NCBI RefSeq assembly: GCF_006345805.1
Contig: NW_021833053.1
Coordinates: forward strand, 22,921 to 86,920
DNA length: 64,000 nucleotides
Direction of reading: 5' to 3'
Origin: Octopus sinensis
Lineage: Eukaryota
Shown one piece after another: positions 1 to 13,987 of this stretch (within the stretch, counting starts at the first letter, position 1; each line of letters starts with the position of its first letter). Under the pieces are notes generated by a model. The model was not told where the DNA came from. It did no database searches and worked only from the letters and a program-made list of their open reading frames with translations. A program made the position numbers and the translations under genes.

Positions 1-452
1 TAGAAAAGGTGTAGGTAGAAACTCCATAAGATGTACCCAGTGTGAGCTATGGACACATAAGAGGTGCAGCAATATCAAAGGAAGGCTAACTGGGAAGATA
101 GTTTTTGCGTGTGGCAAATGTTCAGGGACAATAAACACTGAAAACATGCAGAAAACAGCTTCAGTCACATGCCAGGGAGAAAAACTAGAAGTAGTTGATA
201 GCTTCCGCTACCTAGGTGACCAAGTCAATGCTCTGAAAGTGTAGCTGCTAGAATAAGAATAGCCTGGGCAAAGTTCAGAGAGCTCCTACCTCTGTTGGTG
301 ACAAAGGGCCTCTCGCTCAGAGTAAAAGGTAGACTGCATAATGCATGTGTAGGAACAGCCATGCTACATGGCAGTGAAACATGGGCTGTGATTGCTGAAG
401 ACATGCGTAAGCTTGCAAGGAATGAAGCTAGTATGATCAGCCGGATGTGTGC
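1..452 (+). mobile_element. RTE-clade LINE fragment (C-terminal part of RT ORF incl. Cys/His finger), truncated
   Basis: Translates to ...RCTQCELWTHKRCSNIKGRLTGKIVFACGKC...EVVDSFRYLG... and ...KGLSLRVKGRLHNACVGTAMLHGSETW...; the (Y/H)GxETW motif is typical of RTE RT C-termini. Same family as 22520-23803 and 31801-32788. Confidence 0.85.
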
Positions 453-1124
453 TTACTCTGAGATATATATATATATATATATATATGGTGGCTGCCCCCT
501 TGTTATCGAGTATGGCCATTGCACAAAGCTTAATCAATGTTGTTATCGTGCAATGCCTGTGCAAGAAGATTTTCTTTTAAAGTGAGGAAAGGCTGTGCAC
601 TGAGTCAATCCCACTCACTAAGCAACAGCAGCCATAATCCCAAAAGAAGAACAAGTCAACATCATCGGTAACCACTGAGCCACAGGTTTTATGTTAGAGT
701 TATCCTAGTTACCTGAGCTACCTTCTCCTAGAAGGATGCCCTAACAAAGACTAGGAGTCCTTCACTCCCAATGGTTTAACCACGCGATCGGGTATTCAGT
801 CCGATTATTTCTATGTCCCCGTGCATGATACAGCTTTAGGACATTTATTGGATGGACAATTTTCAGAATAGAATGTCTTTGTTTCAATTTTTTTTTTTTT
901 TTGTCTTCTTTGACAGACAGACTTGTTGATCAGGACATACTTCTGCATTATTTGAGGCAATTTATAATGTATCGATAAACTAAGTTTTTGTTTTGCCATT
1001 TGTTTTGGTTTTCCATAAATGTATAGATTATTCTTAGCTCGTTGCTGATGCTTTGTGAAGGTCTTTTGACTGTCGCCCAAATGAAATTGCTTACACATAT
1101 GCATACACACAACATTAGAACAAG

Positions 1125-1164
<40 letters not shown>

Positions 1165-1790
1165 ATATATAGTGAGAGAGTGTGGTAAACATATATAGAG
1201 AGGGGGAAGTTTACAATGAGAAAACCATAAATGAAAGAGACAGACAAGTAGAAAGAGATAATTTCTTTTAAAGTCAGAGATTTTGAAATTTTTTAATTAA
1301 GCGATAATTTTCCAATTTAGTATATTGATGTACTTTTTCATGCTGAATTCGATTTTGTGATTCATTTATTCCAGAAAAAAATTTACAAAAATGTTACAAA
1401 GATTTAAAGTTTGATCATTTTTACCCAACTGGAAAACAGAATTTGGAAGCTAGCATTTTCTGTGTGATAGCTGACTATCATAAATGAAAGCAAACATTAT
1501 GATGATGAAATTTTAAACAAAATGAAAGCAATAATATGTCATATCAAGAGAGAGAGGGAGGAGAGCAGTATGTGTGAGAGATCCATATACAAAGAGTGTG
1601 GTAAATATATATATAGAGAGAGAGAGCCTGGCGGAGACAAAGGGTGGTAGATTTGTCAATATGAAAGTTGTTATTTCTCATAGCAAATTAAATTTTGATA
1701 TAACCAGGAACCTTGTTGCTGGGATACAGATTTTGAAAATCAAATCCTTTTTCACAAGGATGCACTGTTACAGAGCCTTTCCATGACATA

Positions 1791-1865
<75 letters not shown>

Positions 1866-3629
1866 GCTTTTGGTAGTGTAGAAAATAGTATATTAATAAG
1901 GTTAGTCAGAAGAAATAAAGGAATTGTTCCTTACTTTAGCAGGCACCACCTTTTAGATGGTTACAAGGACTAAAGATTTACAAAATAAAATAGAAATTAG
2001 TATATCATCAGTTATATCTTTTGATCACTGATAAGTGTCCTGTCCATAACCAAATACAAACAGATTATTTTTTTTTTTAAATGTGTTTAATAATTGTGTT
2101 GTAACTGGTTTTAATACTCTATTTCTAAGAAAAAACACAACAGGGTCTCCATCGGACCCCACAACACCCACAAGGGATGGGACCTAGCATTCGGTTTAAA
2201 ACCACTGCTTCACAGGCTGATACTGACAATAGTCAGTAATCTGAGGTATGAAGGGAAATGATGCTTCAATTCAATGATGACTTGAGTTTGCTGCCAACTG
2301 ACAGAGAGATATCACCTGTATTCAGATAATCCTCCATTTCCCCATGTATCATTTGAAAAATGGAAAGCCAAGATGATTTTTATTGCCTGACTTAAAACAT
2401 CTATTATTTTCTACTTAGGTGATTAAAGAATACAGGATTCAAAATAAGAATGAATATATTCAATATATGCAGATGAGCAAACAAATAATATACACCCAAT
2501 AATATACAAGCAAATATACATACAAAACACACACGCAGCAATATCAATGTCTAAATCAGTTGTGTTTCTAGATATGCTAAGTTTGTAAAAATATATACTA
2601 AAAAAATTATACATTGCTGGAATAATTTTGATGATCAAGGTTTGCTCTATCTAAACTGACTTAGTGCTAAGCAACAGCAGCAAAAGAAGAAAAAAAACTA
2701 GGAAAACAAGACGATTAAGAGCTTGTGTTATGCCCATGGATAGCATAAGGTGCAGCAGGAGTAATAAGATATGTAACTCATTCGTTAGAAGACACCCTAA
2801 TGATTCAGCTGACAAGAACTACTGCATAAATTCATACAAGTAGAGATGGTTGAGACTGGTGGAGTGGATAGTATGTCTAGTTAATTATAGTAGAGATGGC
2901 TTAAATAGAAGAATAGTAAAACGGATGATACGTCCAGCTAATTATGGTAGAATGGTTGAGACTGAAGCATGATAAATGGATGTTATGCCCAATTGGACAG
3001 TGTTTTAAATTCATATCTTAACGAAAGTTTTCTAATTATTACTTATGAAATTATGGTGTGGAAGAGCTTAGTGGAAGGTAGAAAGGAACGATGCCAGATG
3101 AAATGTCTGTGGGAATGTAGAGAAATAGAGCTTAAATCCTTCCAGAGTCAACTCGGCTGTTCATCTTTACAGGATTGTCAAAGTACCAATAATATATTGA
3201 TGATGGGTTAAATTCAATCACATATATTCCTTCTCTACAACACATGGCATTTTGCTAGCAATAGATTTTGGAGTGAAGTGCAGAATAAGGAATTATGCCT
3301 AAAACAGCTAAAGTGGTTTGTGAGGAGTTGTGCCCCACCATCTTTATATATCACCATTATGTCCAACAGTAGAATGGAGAAAACAGTCATTCTATACTTC
3401 CAGCACAGAACCAAGATGGCTGCAGTCTCCACTGGAAGATTTATCTTAGAACAATTTGAATTTTTTAAAAATGACAAAAAAAAAAAAAACTACAACAGAG
3501 TGGCACTAATTTCAACCATTTAAATGTTTTAAAATCAAACCTTGACTTAGCAAGGATTTGTCTTTCTTCCATCTAAAATAAAGCTAAAATACATTGAAAT
3601 CCATTGCATCAAATATATATCTCTTCCCT

Positions 3630-4022
3630 ATTCTTTTATACGTTTCAGTTATTTGACTGTGGCAATGCTGGTGCACCATCTTAAAGGGTTTTAGTCTAAG
3701 AAATTGATCCCAGGACTTATGGTTTGTAAGCCTAGTACTTATTCTATCAGTCTCTTTTGTCAAACCACCAAGCTATGGGGACATAAACACATCAACATTG
3801 GTTGTCAAGTGATGGTGGATGGACAAACACAGACAAAAAAACACCTGCATAAATATATGCCAGGCTTCTTTCAGTTTCCATCTACTAAATCTACTCACAA
3901 GGTTTTGGTCAGCCCAAGGCTATAGTAGAAGACACGTGCCCAAGGTGTCATGCAGTGAGACTGAACTCAGAACCATGTGGTAGGGAAGCAAGCTTCTTAC
4001 CACACAGCCACACCTGCACCTA
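3630..4022 (-). mobile_element. tRNA-derived SINE, family A
   Basis: Reverse complement begins GTGGCTGTGTGGTAAGAAGCTTGCTTCCC...GAGTTCAGTCTCACTGC (A/B-box-like head); homologous to 37951-38345. Confidence 0.75.
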
Positions 4023-7000
4023 TGCCGATTTGTCTTTTGCATTTAGCTAAAGAGCTGTGAGAGGTTACATTCCTCAAAGAAAATATTTTTATATAGAATT
4101 TTTTTTTTATTTTCCTTTTGTAATATCTCTTCTCACTAATTTTCTCCTTCCCTCTCTTTCTCTCTAGAACATTCTAGAATTTATGCTATAAATTCCCCAT
4201 TGTCCTGTATTCATTTCAACTTTCAATAATGTCAACAGCCAGCCATTATTTTGGTCCTCTCCATCTTAATTCCTCTTTACTTTCTGATTTTTTTCTAATT
4301 ATGCCGATCAAGTCAGAAAATCCATCTCCGTCATTCTGAGTCACTTAAAAACCACTTTTCATTCTGCCAGTTGCAGAAGAATTCTCCATTAAGTTAGTTA
4401 CAGCCTTTATATGGAATTTGTTCCATTAACAAGAATTCGTGAATATAAATGAAAGCTATGCGTTTAGAAAAAACAGTAAAGACGGGAAAAAATGTAAAAA
4501 AAAAGATTAAGAGCGGAGGAGGTACAACAGGAAAAAATAAAACAAGTGTAATATGATAGCATAATTGGAGAATAAAGAAAGGATTGTGTTTTGTATTCTT
4601 GATTTAAATGCATTTTTTTAAAGATACATCAAGCTTTGTAGATATATTTAGACCATCAGCTGGCTAAGTCAATACTATGCATTAGACCAGTGTTAGACCA
4701 TCAACAGACTGAGTTGAGAGCATATTAGACCATCAGCCAGCTGATCTGACACAATGTTAGACTAGAAAACCAAGTGTTTACTGTTTCGTATCTAGTTGTC
4801 TTTACAGTGACATATCTTTAACCCAAAGCAATTCTCTATGACTCAGTCTCCCTAGCTGTAAATGTAAACCACTAACAGGAATAGAATTTTCTTTATTGTC
4901 AGGACTATGAAAAGCAGAACTTGCACAAAATAATTTATCTCAGACAACACTGAAACAGTATTCTTGATAGTAATTGCCTGCTATAATAGCTCTGACCTGA
5001 TGAAGAGGACTGCCAGAATATCATATCTCTTCTCACAGCATACTACCTTAATCCATCGTGTTCTAGCCAAACAGGACAACTAGACAATAAATATTCTTCA
5101 CTAAGGGTACAATATGATGGTTTTCAGCAAGATAGCAGGGTTGTGCTATTAAAGGGCAGGATTTTCAGATTACAGCTTCAGTCCAATCGACGGACTTTTG
5201 CAGAATTTCTATCTTCCTTGTTTTACAAACTTGACAGGAACCCCAATTCATCATAAAAAAACACTTGCCCAACTTTCCACACAGTAGAATCAACCATGAA
5301 ACCTCACAACTGAGGGCAGACTTCTTCACCACTGAGCTATCCGTCTTACATTACGGAGGTTTTAAACTATTAGTGATGCACATTAGCCCTATGGTCATAC
5401 CTACAGTTTTATAGAAAACTGACAATTGGTAACCCAAAGCCTAGTAATGTAGCTACTATGACAGTGTTGCATTAGATGAGAACAGATGAATGAAAACAAA
5501 TTTTAATCAATTTTCAAGTGAAAGGTGAGCAAGCTGGCAAAATTATTAGTATGCTGGGCAAAATGCTTAGCAGCATTTCGTCTGTCTTTACATTGTGAGT
5601 TCTAATTCCACCAAGGCTGACTTTGCCCTTCATCCTTTCGGGGTCAAGAAAATAAGTACTAGTTGAACCCTGGGTTCAATGTAATCAACTCAGCTCCTCC
5701 CTCAAACCTAGCCTTGTGCCAAAATTTGAAACCAATTTACTTTCATTAGGAAAACAAGGAGCTAAAGCTGATTATTGATTATTAATTAATGATGAAACTT
5801 CAATATTAATGGCTCTGAACAAAAAACATGTTTGCTAAATAGTAACCACTTTATAAGGCAATTAGATCATGATGTGTGTCTTTATATACACACACACACA
5901 TGCATATTCCTTTTCCCCCCAACACATCTTGGTTCTCTGTCTTCATTCATTCTGACACCATGCTCTTGCTACTACTTTTCAGCAACACATTCTGGTTCTG
6001 TCTTGGTCGTCATTATCTCCTGGGTTACATTGCTCGTTATCACTTCATCCCCCTTGCTCACATTACTTTGACTGTATACATTTCAAAATACTATCCTGAA
6101 CACTTATCCTTTTAGAACTTCTCACTACCATTCATGCATCTATCTGCCTGATACCTTATCTTTCTCATTCTGATTGGTGAGCAAGGAGACGGAGTCAAGA
6201 GGTCCCTTTGGTCTTGAGTACAATGAAAGCACCCAGTGCTCTCTAGAAAGTGACTGGAAAGAGGGACATCAAGCTGTAGAAACCAAGCTAAAAAATGTGC
6301 TGACTCAAAACCACATTTTTTTTTCCTTTCCTTAGTGTGTGTGGGGAGAAACAATAAATAAATAGCAGATAAGCAGTGGGTGGATATAACTAACAAGATA
6401 TAACCCAAACAATGTGTGGCCTTGTGCCCATGTTAGAAACCTTCATGATTAAGATGTATAGTGCAGAATTAAATTCAACATCCCTTGAGGATAAATTTTA
6501 TATACATGTACATACATGTGTACACACACATGCCCAAACATACACATAGATGTAAATATATATGGACAAAGCTAATTAGGTTAGTTAAATCAGGTAGCCA
6601 ATATGTGGCCTTGTGCCAGTACATGAAATCATTACTATTATCAGTAAAAACTCATCAATAAAATATTTTTTTTTTTAAATCAACTTTGTTTTTCATCCTT
6701 CTGAGTTCAATAAAATAAAGTACCTGCAAAGTACTGAGATCGATAGCAATGTCTCAGGGTATTTTTCTCAGCTCTTTATGTTCTGAGTTGAAATCTCACC
6801 AATGTCAGCTCCCTCTGGGGTTGATAAAGAACCAATCAATTGCTTTGGTTGATTTAACTAACCTATCTCCTCAAACCTGCCAACCTTGGACCCGAATCAA
6901 AAACATTACTATTAGTGTTGGATTGGTAGAATAATTTGGGCATTAAACAAAAGGTTTTTTTTTTTTCAGTTCATTACATTCTAGGTTCAAATCCCACCAA

Positions 7001-7608
7001 TCAACTTTGACTTTCATCCTTTCAAGGTCAATAAAATACCAGTAAAATATTGGAACTGATGTAATCAGCAAACCTCTCCTGCAAACATTGCCAACTATAT
7101 TCCAAAATTTTAAAAAATAGATCTGTTATTGTTTTTATTGATTATAGTAAGATAAAATGATTTTAATTTCTAAATTCTGAATTTAAATCCTGGATTAACA
7201 ACTTTTCCTTTCATGTTTTCAACATTGATAAATCAAGAGAGCTTCAGTAAACACTTTTACAATTCATTAAAAAAATTCTCAGCCAAATTTTAAAATATCT
7301 AAAATCAAGTTGAGAATCCCCACCACATGCACACACAAATATCCAAAACTGCATGCAAATAAGAATGTCATATGGTTAACTACCAGAGCCGTTCACCAAC
7401 ATACCACTACCACAAGTTGATAAATCCATTGTATTACCCTCTCCTATAACAATAGATTGCCCCCTCTTATTGCACTCTACTCTGTCTTGCCATGCAAATC
7501 CTACATTAAACAATTTTTCTTCATCTTTCTACCCCAAACTTGGTCCACTTGGACCTCCTTTACCTAGATTTTTTTATGCAGATATTGACCTACCAATATT
7601 TAAAATGA

Positions 7609-7893
7609 ACGTAAAAAGCACCATCCGAACGTGGCCAATGCCAGCGCCGCCTTGACTGGCTTCTGTGCCGGTGGCACGTAAAAAGCACCAACCGATCATG
7701 GCCACTGCCAGCCTCCACTGGCACGTAAAAAGCACCCACTACACTCACGGAGTGGTTGGCGTTAGGAAGGGCATCCAGCTGTAGAAACACTGCCAAATCA
7801 GACTGGAGCCTGGTGCAGCCTCCTGGCTTCCCAGACCCCAGTCGAACCGTCCAACCCATGCTAGCATGGAAAATGGACGTTAAACGATGATGA
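7609..7893 (+). mobile_element. 3' tail of RTE family (repeat C), 5'-truncated
   Basis: GGCACGTAAAAAGCACC units followed by ...GGAAGGGCATCCAGCTGTAGAAAC...CATGCTAGCATGGAAAA...GTTAAACGATGATG; nearly identical to 32490-32788, where it directly follows RTE coding sequence. Confidence 0.8.
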
Positions 7894-9083
7894 ACATCAA
7901 TCACATCAAATGTCTGGTCTAAAATTGGCTGCAAAAGGTCATGAACACTGCCCTTCTTCCTTTGACTAACTTACATGAAACAAAAACACACAAGTAGATT
8001 AGAGCTTGATGACCATTCTCTCCTCTTTTTAACAGGTTTCAAACTTCACAATCTTCCTAACCATATTTCTCTATTCTGTTTATTCTCTCCCTTTCCATCT
8101 GTTGGTGAAATAAGAAAAATCTAGACGGTCACAGGATAGAATATTAAAATTGCCATTCAAAACATTACATTTTCATCCTTCAATTGGCTGTTCTTAATAT
8201 CAGCATTTGTGATAAAGTAGAACAATTTCATCAGAATTCATTAGGAATCCTTCAGCATAATATATAATCCAAACTTTTTAACTGCTTTTATTATACAAGT
8301 CTGATTGTTTGTTACATAAATTTATAGCAATGAATGATATAAATATGTTATTTCTCTGCAAATTTTATGAGACTTAAGTTGGCTTTAGTCCTGATAATGA
8401 TGAGTTATCAATTGCTTGGAAGATTTAGGAGACAAAATGGCTATTATGTCTATCAAACAACCACCAGAATTGCATCACCAGATGGTATTAATGACCACTG
8501 GGGAAATATAGTGAAAACTTATGGAAAGCTTTCCAACACAACATATATTTGTGATATAAATCTTTGCCAAACCTCTGCCCACCCCCAACACAAAGCCATT
8601 CCAAGACTTACAACACAGATACACATTTTACCTTTTATTCGTTGTAGTCACTGAACTTCAGCAATGCTGAGATACCATTTTGAAGTCTGATACTTATTAG
8701 TCTCTTTGCCAAAGTGCTAAGTTACAGGGATGTAAACAAACCAACACTGTTTGCCAAGTAACGGAGTATGGTAGAGGTGAGATGGCTATTCAAAGGTACA
8801 GAAAGGAAGTGTACAGGGAGAATACTGTGGAGAAAAGAAGTGGGGAATGAGAATAAGGGATGGAAGATGGATTTTTTTGTAAGTAATATTACATTTAATT
8901 CATTAATAGCGAAACAATTGTCCCAAAATAATCTGTATTTTTGTTATTTTTTACTTGCCCTGTCCGTGTGAGCTAACAGTCGTACTGGCTTTCATGGGAA
9001 ACATGTATTTTTCGTGGTTGAAACCTTTTGGATTAACTGGTGCTAGAGTGAGCAATATAGTGACCACTCTCTTATATTTATTT

Positions 9084-9086
<3 letters not shown>

Positions 9087-9116
<30 letters not shown>

Positions 9117-9123
9117 GTTCCAC

Positions 9124-9155
<32 letters not shown>

Positions 9156-9208
9156 GGTTCCACATAAAAATATATATATATATATATATATATATGGTTC
9201 CACATAAA
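9087..9208. repeat. Tandem repeat, 3 x [(TA)n-TGGTTCCACATAAA]
   Basis: Seen directly in sequence. Confidence 0.9.
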
Positions 9209-9284
9209 AACACTGGTACTGATGGCACATAAAAAGCACCCAGTATACTCTGTAAAGTGGTTGGTATTATGAAGGGTGGGTGGT

Positions 9285-10345
9285 GAAATAAGTGAGAGGT
9301 TTGATGTGAAGGTGGGGTTAAGACAGGGTTGTGTGGTGTCTCTGTGGCTGTTGAATTTATATGTGGATGGTGTGGTGAGAGGGGCAAATGCTGAACCCTT
9401 GGTAGGGATGCCCAAATGATGGAAGAAAATAAGGAGAGAAATGGCAGGTGAGTCAGTTGATGTTAGCTGATGATACAGCATTTGTGGCGGATTCAGAAGA
9501 GCAACTGAGGAGACTGGAGGTAGAGTTTGGAAGAGTGTGTGGGAGGAAGAAACTGAAAGTGAATGTAGCTAAGAGTAAGGTGAGATGTTCGAGAGATGGA
9601 ATGGCTGGTAGGATGGATGTGAGTATAAATGGTGAGATGTTAGAGGAGGTGAGTGTTTTTAAAGCATCTGGGGTCACATGTGACAGCGGATGGGGGGGAA
9701 TTGGGATACAGAGTGAGGGAGGGGAGTAAGATACTTGGAGTTGTGAAAAGTATACTGAGAGATAAAAGGTTTAGTATGAAAGCGAAAAGGTGTCTATGAG
9801 GGCGTGATTGTACTGACGATGTTACCTGGTGCAGAGATGTGGAGGTAGAGAGGAGGCTACTAGATGCGTTTGAGGTGAGATGTCTGAAGAATATGACTGG
9901 TGTGACACAGATGGACAGGAGGAGGAGTGAGGTGTGAAGATGATCAAGGAATGAGAGAAAAACTAACAAATTGGATGGATGAATGTTAAGGTGGTTTGGC
10001 CACATGGAAAGGATGGATGAGGAGCAGATGATAAGGAGGGTGATGAAGGCAGAAGTGGTAGGAAGCAGAACCAGAGACAGACCTCGGTTTGTGTGGATGG
10101 ATGGAATGAGGAAAGCTTTGGTGGTTAGAGGTGATGGAGTGAGAGAGGCAAGAGAGTTTATAAATGATAGGAAAGCTTGGAGAGTATTTGTGGATGGATG
10201 AGTGAATTTGATGTTGCTCAAAGGGGTATGGAAGCAGCATGATGCAGCGGGGGTAAACCAGGATATGCTGTCAGGCCCTGCTGCTGATATTGGGGGTTGT
10301 GTTCTATGCCTTGACCTGAGCATAGAACGGGGTTCACCCCTTTAA
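9285..10345 (+). mobile_element. Second RTE-type LINE family, 5'-truncated, frameshifted RT
   Basis: FDVKVGLRQGCVVSLWLL, LMLADDTAFVAD (YADD-like), LKVNVAKSKV, LRWFGHMERM...GRTRDRPRFVW; ORFs 9448-9729 and 9983-10201. Confidence 0.85.
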
Positions 10346-11209
10346 ACTGGGAAATGAATGGAATGGTCGGTGTGTTTTGTTGTGGCTACCCACTTCTAAA
10401 AGAAATGGAGAATAGGTCTGGCTGTGTGTGTATATATATATATGAGTTTGGCTATTCTGCATTGATAAAGGGCAAATACCCTGAAACAAAGTTTGAATCC
10501 TGCCAAGGTCAAATTTACTTTTCATTCTTTCAAGGATTGATAAAGTACCAGTCAAGTGCTGAGGTCAATACAGTAAAAAACTCCCTCATCCTAATTTTAA
10601 CCTTGTGCCAAAATTTGGAAAATTATTATTATTTACATGAGTACAGTTCAATATATGTGTGTGTGTGTGTGTGTATGTGAGTATTACATGTAAAAAGCAA
10701 ATTAAACATGTACTCTTCGTTTGAAATGAGATTAAGTGAAATACTTATCAACTAAGTGTTGCACTTAGTTGGCTAGGAACTTACAACTTCCCATGGGTAC
10801 CAATCTAGTTCGGCTCAGTAGAGTATTGATTCAATGCTAGAAATTCCACAGAGTACATACTTCTAGTAGATGAGAATGCTTCTTTTTTTTTTTCCCTCCT
10901 CCCTTATCACTTATAATACGTGATAACATGACCAGCCTAAGGGGAAAGTGAAAATGTAGGAATAAAGCTTTTATTATGATTTATTAAATAGAGGCATATA
11001 GCATTAATTACATATTTATTATGTTTGCATTTTTTTTCTTTGCTAACTGGAAGACCCAAAACGCATGAAGTGATGCCTCTTACCACATGACCCCACCATG
11101 ACTACCACCAGTAAGTATTGCCATTGCCAGTATGTTCAACCAGTCATGCTTGATAATGTGATTGGTGCTTCTTCAATCTTGCTTTGGGTAGGATTATTTT
11201 ATCAATATT

Positions 11210-11678
11210 CAAAATTCAAAGTCGAAATCAAACTCGGTGACCGACATCCGTTGCTAGTGGAGCGCTAAGAGCGAGATCGTTGCCAGAGCAACAAGCTGGC
11301 CTTCGTGCCGATGGCACGTTAAACACACCATTCAAGCGTGATCATTAGCGCGTCGCCTTGCTAGCACTTGTGCTGGTGGCACGTGAAACATTTGAGCGAG
11401 GTCATTGCCAGTGCCACTGGACTGGCTCCTGTGCAGGTGGCACATAAAAAGCACTATTAGAGTGTGGCCATTGCCAGTACCACCAAACTGGCCCTCAAAC
11501 CGATGGCACATAAAAGCACCCACTACACTCTCGGAATGGTTGATGTTAAGAAGGGCATCCAGCTGTAGAAACTCTGCCAGATCAGGTTGGAGTCTGGTGC
11601 AGCCATCTGGTTCACCAGACCTCAGTCAAATCGTCCAACCCATGCTAGCATGGAAAGCGGACATTAAATGATGATGAT
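11210..11678 (+). mobile_element. 3' UTR/tail of RTE family (repeat C), longer copy with ~5 tandem subunits
   Basis: Same subunits and terminal (GAT)n tail as 32490-32788; 5' part matches the sequence following RTE coding DNA at ~22520-22570 (minus). Confidence 0.8.
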
Positions 11679-12559
11679 TCAAGGTAGCAAAATGCTTAAC
11701 GGCATTTCATCCATCTTTACATTCTGGGTTCAAACTCCAAGGTCCATTTTGCCTTTCATTCTTTCAGAGTTGATAAAATAAACACCAATTCAGCAGTGGG
11801 GTTGATGTAACTGACTTAACCCCTTACCCAAAATTACTGGTCTTCTGCTCAAATTTGAAACCATTATTTCATCAATATTCAGGGTGGGAGATGGTACATG
11901 CAGTATTTAGTAATTTGCTGCTTTACATTCAAAGTTCAATTCCTGTTGGAGAGAGTTCAAGATTGTTTTTTCCAATAGATCAAATACTAGTAAGAGACTC
12001 AAGTTAGTTCATCATTCTCATCATTTTACACCTGTTCTTCCATGCTCGCATGGGTCTTCTGCAGCACACTATCTCATCACTTGTTGCAGTCTTTTGTCAT
12101 CACTTTCAAAAGGTACAGTTGACCAAGATTATCTTTCACCAGTTCTTCCCATGCCTTCTTTTGATTTTCCCCCTTTCACAAATTCCTTCACCTTGGATCA
12201 CTTGGCACTTTTGAACCAACTGTCATCCTACACAGGCAACATATACCTGCACTGCCACAGCTTCTTCACAGATCCTCTACATCTGATTTCTCCTATACCA
12301 AATTTTTCTCTTTGTTCAATCACGTGACCTGGTGGTCTCGATACAGGAGGTAGTGGAGATTAATCCAAAAGGATGAAAGGCAAAGCCAACCTCAAATTCA
12401 AACTCAGATCATGAAGACTGACAAAATGCCACTAAGCATTTTGCCCAGCATGCTAACGATTCTGCCAGCTCACTGCCTTAATAATAATAATGAGGATTTC
12501 AAATATTGGCACAAAGCCAGCAGTTTCGAGGAGGGGTTAAACTGATTACATCAACCCCA

Positions 12560-12815
12560 GTACATTATTTACATTATATGTGTCCTCATCTTGTTTGTTG
12601 CTACCACAACATTTTGACTGATTAACTCTCCAGCCTTCATCAGGTGTCCTGGTAGGATTTTGAACCCAACCCTGGGTTCTCATTCCTAAGGTATTTTTTT
12701 GCTGATGCTATTATTATTATTATTCATTCAAGGCACTGCCTGGAATTGAACACGCAATCTTGAGGTTAGTAGACAAGATGGGGACACATATCCGTCTAAT
12801 GTAAATAATTCCTCA
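12560..12815 (-). mobile_element. tRNA-derived SINE (family E) with hammerhead-like 3' part, rearranged
   Basis: Minus strand has B-box-like GTTCAATTCC near 12745, an (ATT)n spacer, then CTGATGA...; a + strand copy of its own 3' end (ACAAGATGGGGACACATATCC...AATGTAAATAAT) sits at ~12771-12815. Confidence 0.6.
12604..12647 (-). ncRNA. Degenerate minimal type-I hammerhead ribozyme motif (canonical CUGAUGA core)
   Basis: Minus: CAC-CTGATGA-A-GGCTG(10 nt loop)CAGTC-AAAA-TG-T-T-GTG. Stem I CAC/GTG, stem II 5 bp; GAAACGT is seen as AAAATGT (two CpG-type changes). Confidence 0.55.
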
Positions 12816-13224
12816 TCTCAAAAATATAGAACAGTATCAACCCCAGCACCCAACTGGTACTGATTTCATCTACCTTAAGTTGATGAAAGGCAAAGCCAAA
12901 CTCAGGAGAATTTGAACCTATAAAGAAATGCTGCTGAGCATTTTGCCCAGCATGCTAATGATTCTGCCAGCTTGCCACTTTAATAAGAGTAATAAATACA
13001 ATAGACACAGGAAGAATAAGAAAGGATGATTGGGTAGGTTGCAGGAGAGTGGAGAATTCAAAGTGAAAGAGGAGAGACATATAGTGATAGGATAAAGATG
13101 AATTGGTGGCTCAAGAGGATGATCAATGTAAAGTGTGGGTGGAGAGGACAGGACTGATGGATGAGAGAAATCATTCCAGGGGAGGTGGTAGTAAGAAAAA
13201 CAAGTGTTATCAGGGAAAAGCCAG

Positions 13225-13410
13225 TGAAGTATGCATTTCCTGGCGAATTATGATTTTATTCAACATATTCTCCTCTTAAATTCACACAGTGCTCTTTCAG
13301 TTTTTCTAAGCCCTGTAAAAGAACTCAGAAGGTTGGGTCTCCAACTAGGCCTTCTGCAATACACTTAAAGCCGAAAACTTTCCAGCACCTCCTCATACAT
13401 GAAGTATACA
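13225..13410 (-). mobile_element. Mariner-derived remnant (transposase C-terminal end only)
   Basis: Minus strand ...GLEKLKEHCVNLRGEYVE* resembles mariner C-terminus (C...G.YVE*); TATGAGGAGGTGCTGGAAAG resembles a mariner TIR. Confidence 0.5.
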
Positions 13411-13755
13411 CACACATACATTTATAAGATGGTCATGCAATAAATATGGTCAATGCCCATTTTTTAAAATATACATACATCTCAACAGAAGAAATGTAGA
13501 AGAAACTTTCCTATCCACACTTCCGCCAAATACAAACAGGTCTAATATAGTTATTTAGAACACAAAATCACATGCATTCACAGAGGTCAGATACCCTACA
13601 GAAATGAATATTTCTTTCAAATTCAATGAGAAGGAGAATATAAACAGTCATTTCAAAATCCAGAGCTCCTCCAGCCAGTTTATAAATTTATATTGGCTAT
13701 ATATAAAGTACATGGCCGCAGCCTTTGGGCTAAAACATTTTTAAGGATTTACATG

Positions 13756-13987
13756 TTCAACTATTTTGTTACCATTATTTCTGCTGAGATGCTCTGTGTT
13801 TCTTTCAATTAATTTTAAATATAACAAAGAATTTAGTAAAATAGCTTAGTTATCATTAAGCTAGTGTTAAGGAACATAAACTGTGACTAAGGTTTGGTGG
13901 AAGATTTTAATTCATAACTTATGAAAACAAGACATTTGTACTCAGAGCCAGAGGTGGTTTCAGGTGGGTTGGTATCAAAAGGGTTAA
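13756..13987. mobile_element. piggyBac-like MITE (family P), degenerate left end
   Basis: Right end GGTATCAAAAGGG-TTAA; internal sequence homologous to 56244-56461. Confidence 0.6.

Noticed and set aside
2250-2350. Minus-strand open stretch MEDYLNTGDISLSVGSKLKSSLN
   Set aside because: No convincing acceptor and no recognisable homology.
4997-5030. Isolated CTGATGA
   Set aside because: No stem II/GAAA/stem I arrangement found around it.
9640-10323. 227-aa minus-strand ORF; likewise 22657-23211, 46630-47070 and 34768-35031
   Set aside because: Antisense shadows of LINE RT, mariner transposase or INIP exon 3.
13479-13541. Minus-strand AG...GTATGT segment encoding DLFVFGGSVDRKVSSTFLLLR as possible exon 2 of the divergent gene
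   Set aside because: Weak pyrimidine tract; its only open frame is phase 1 whereas exon 1 ends in phase 0.
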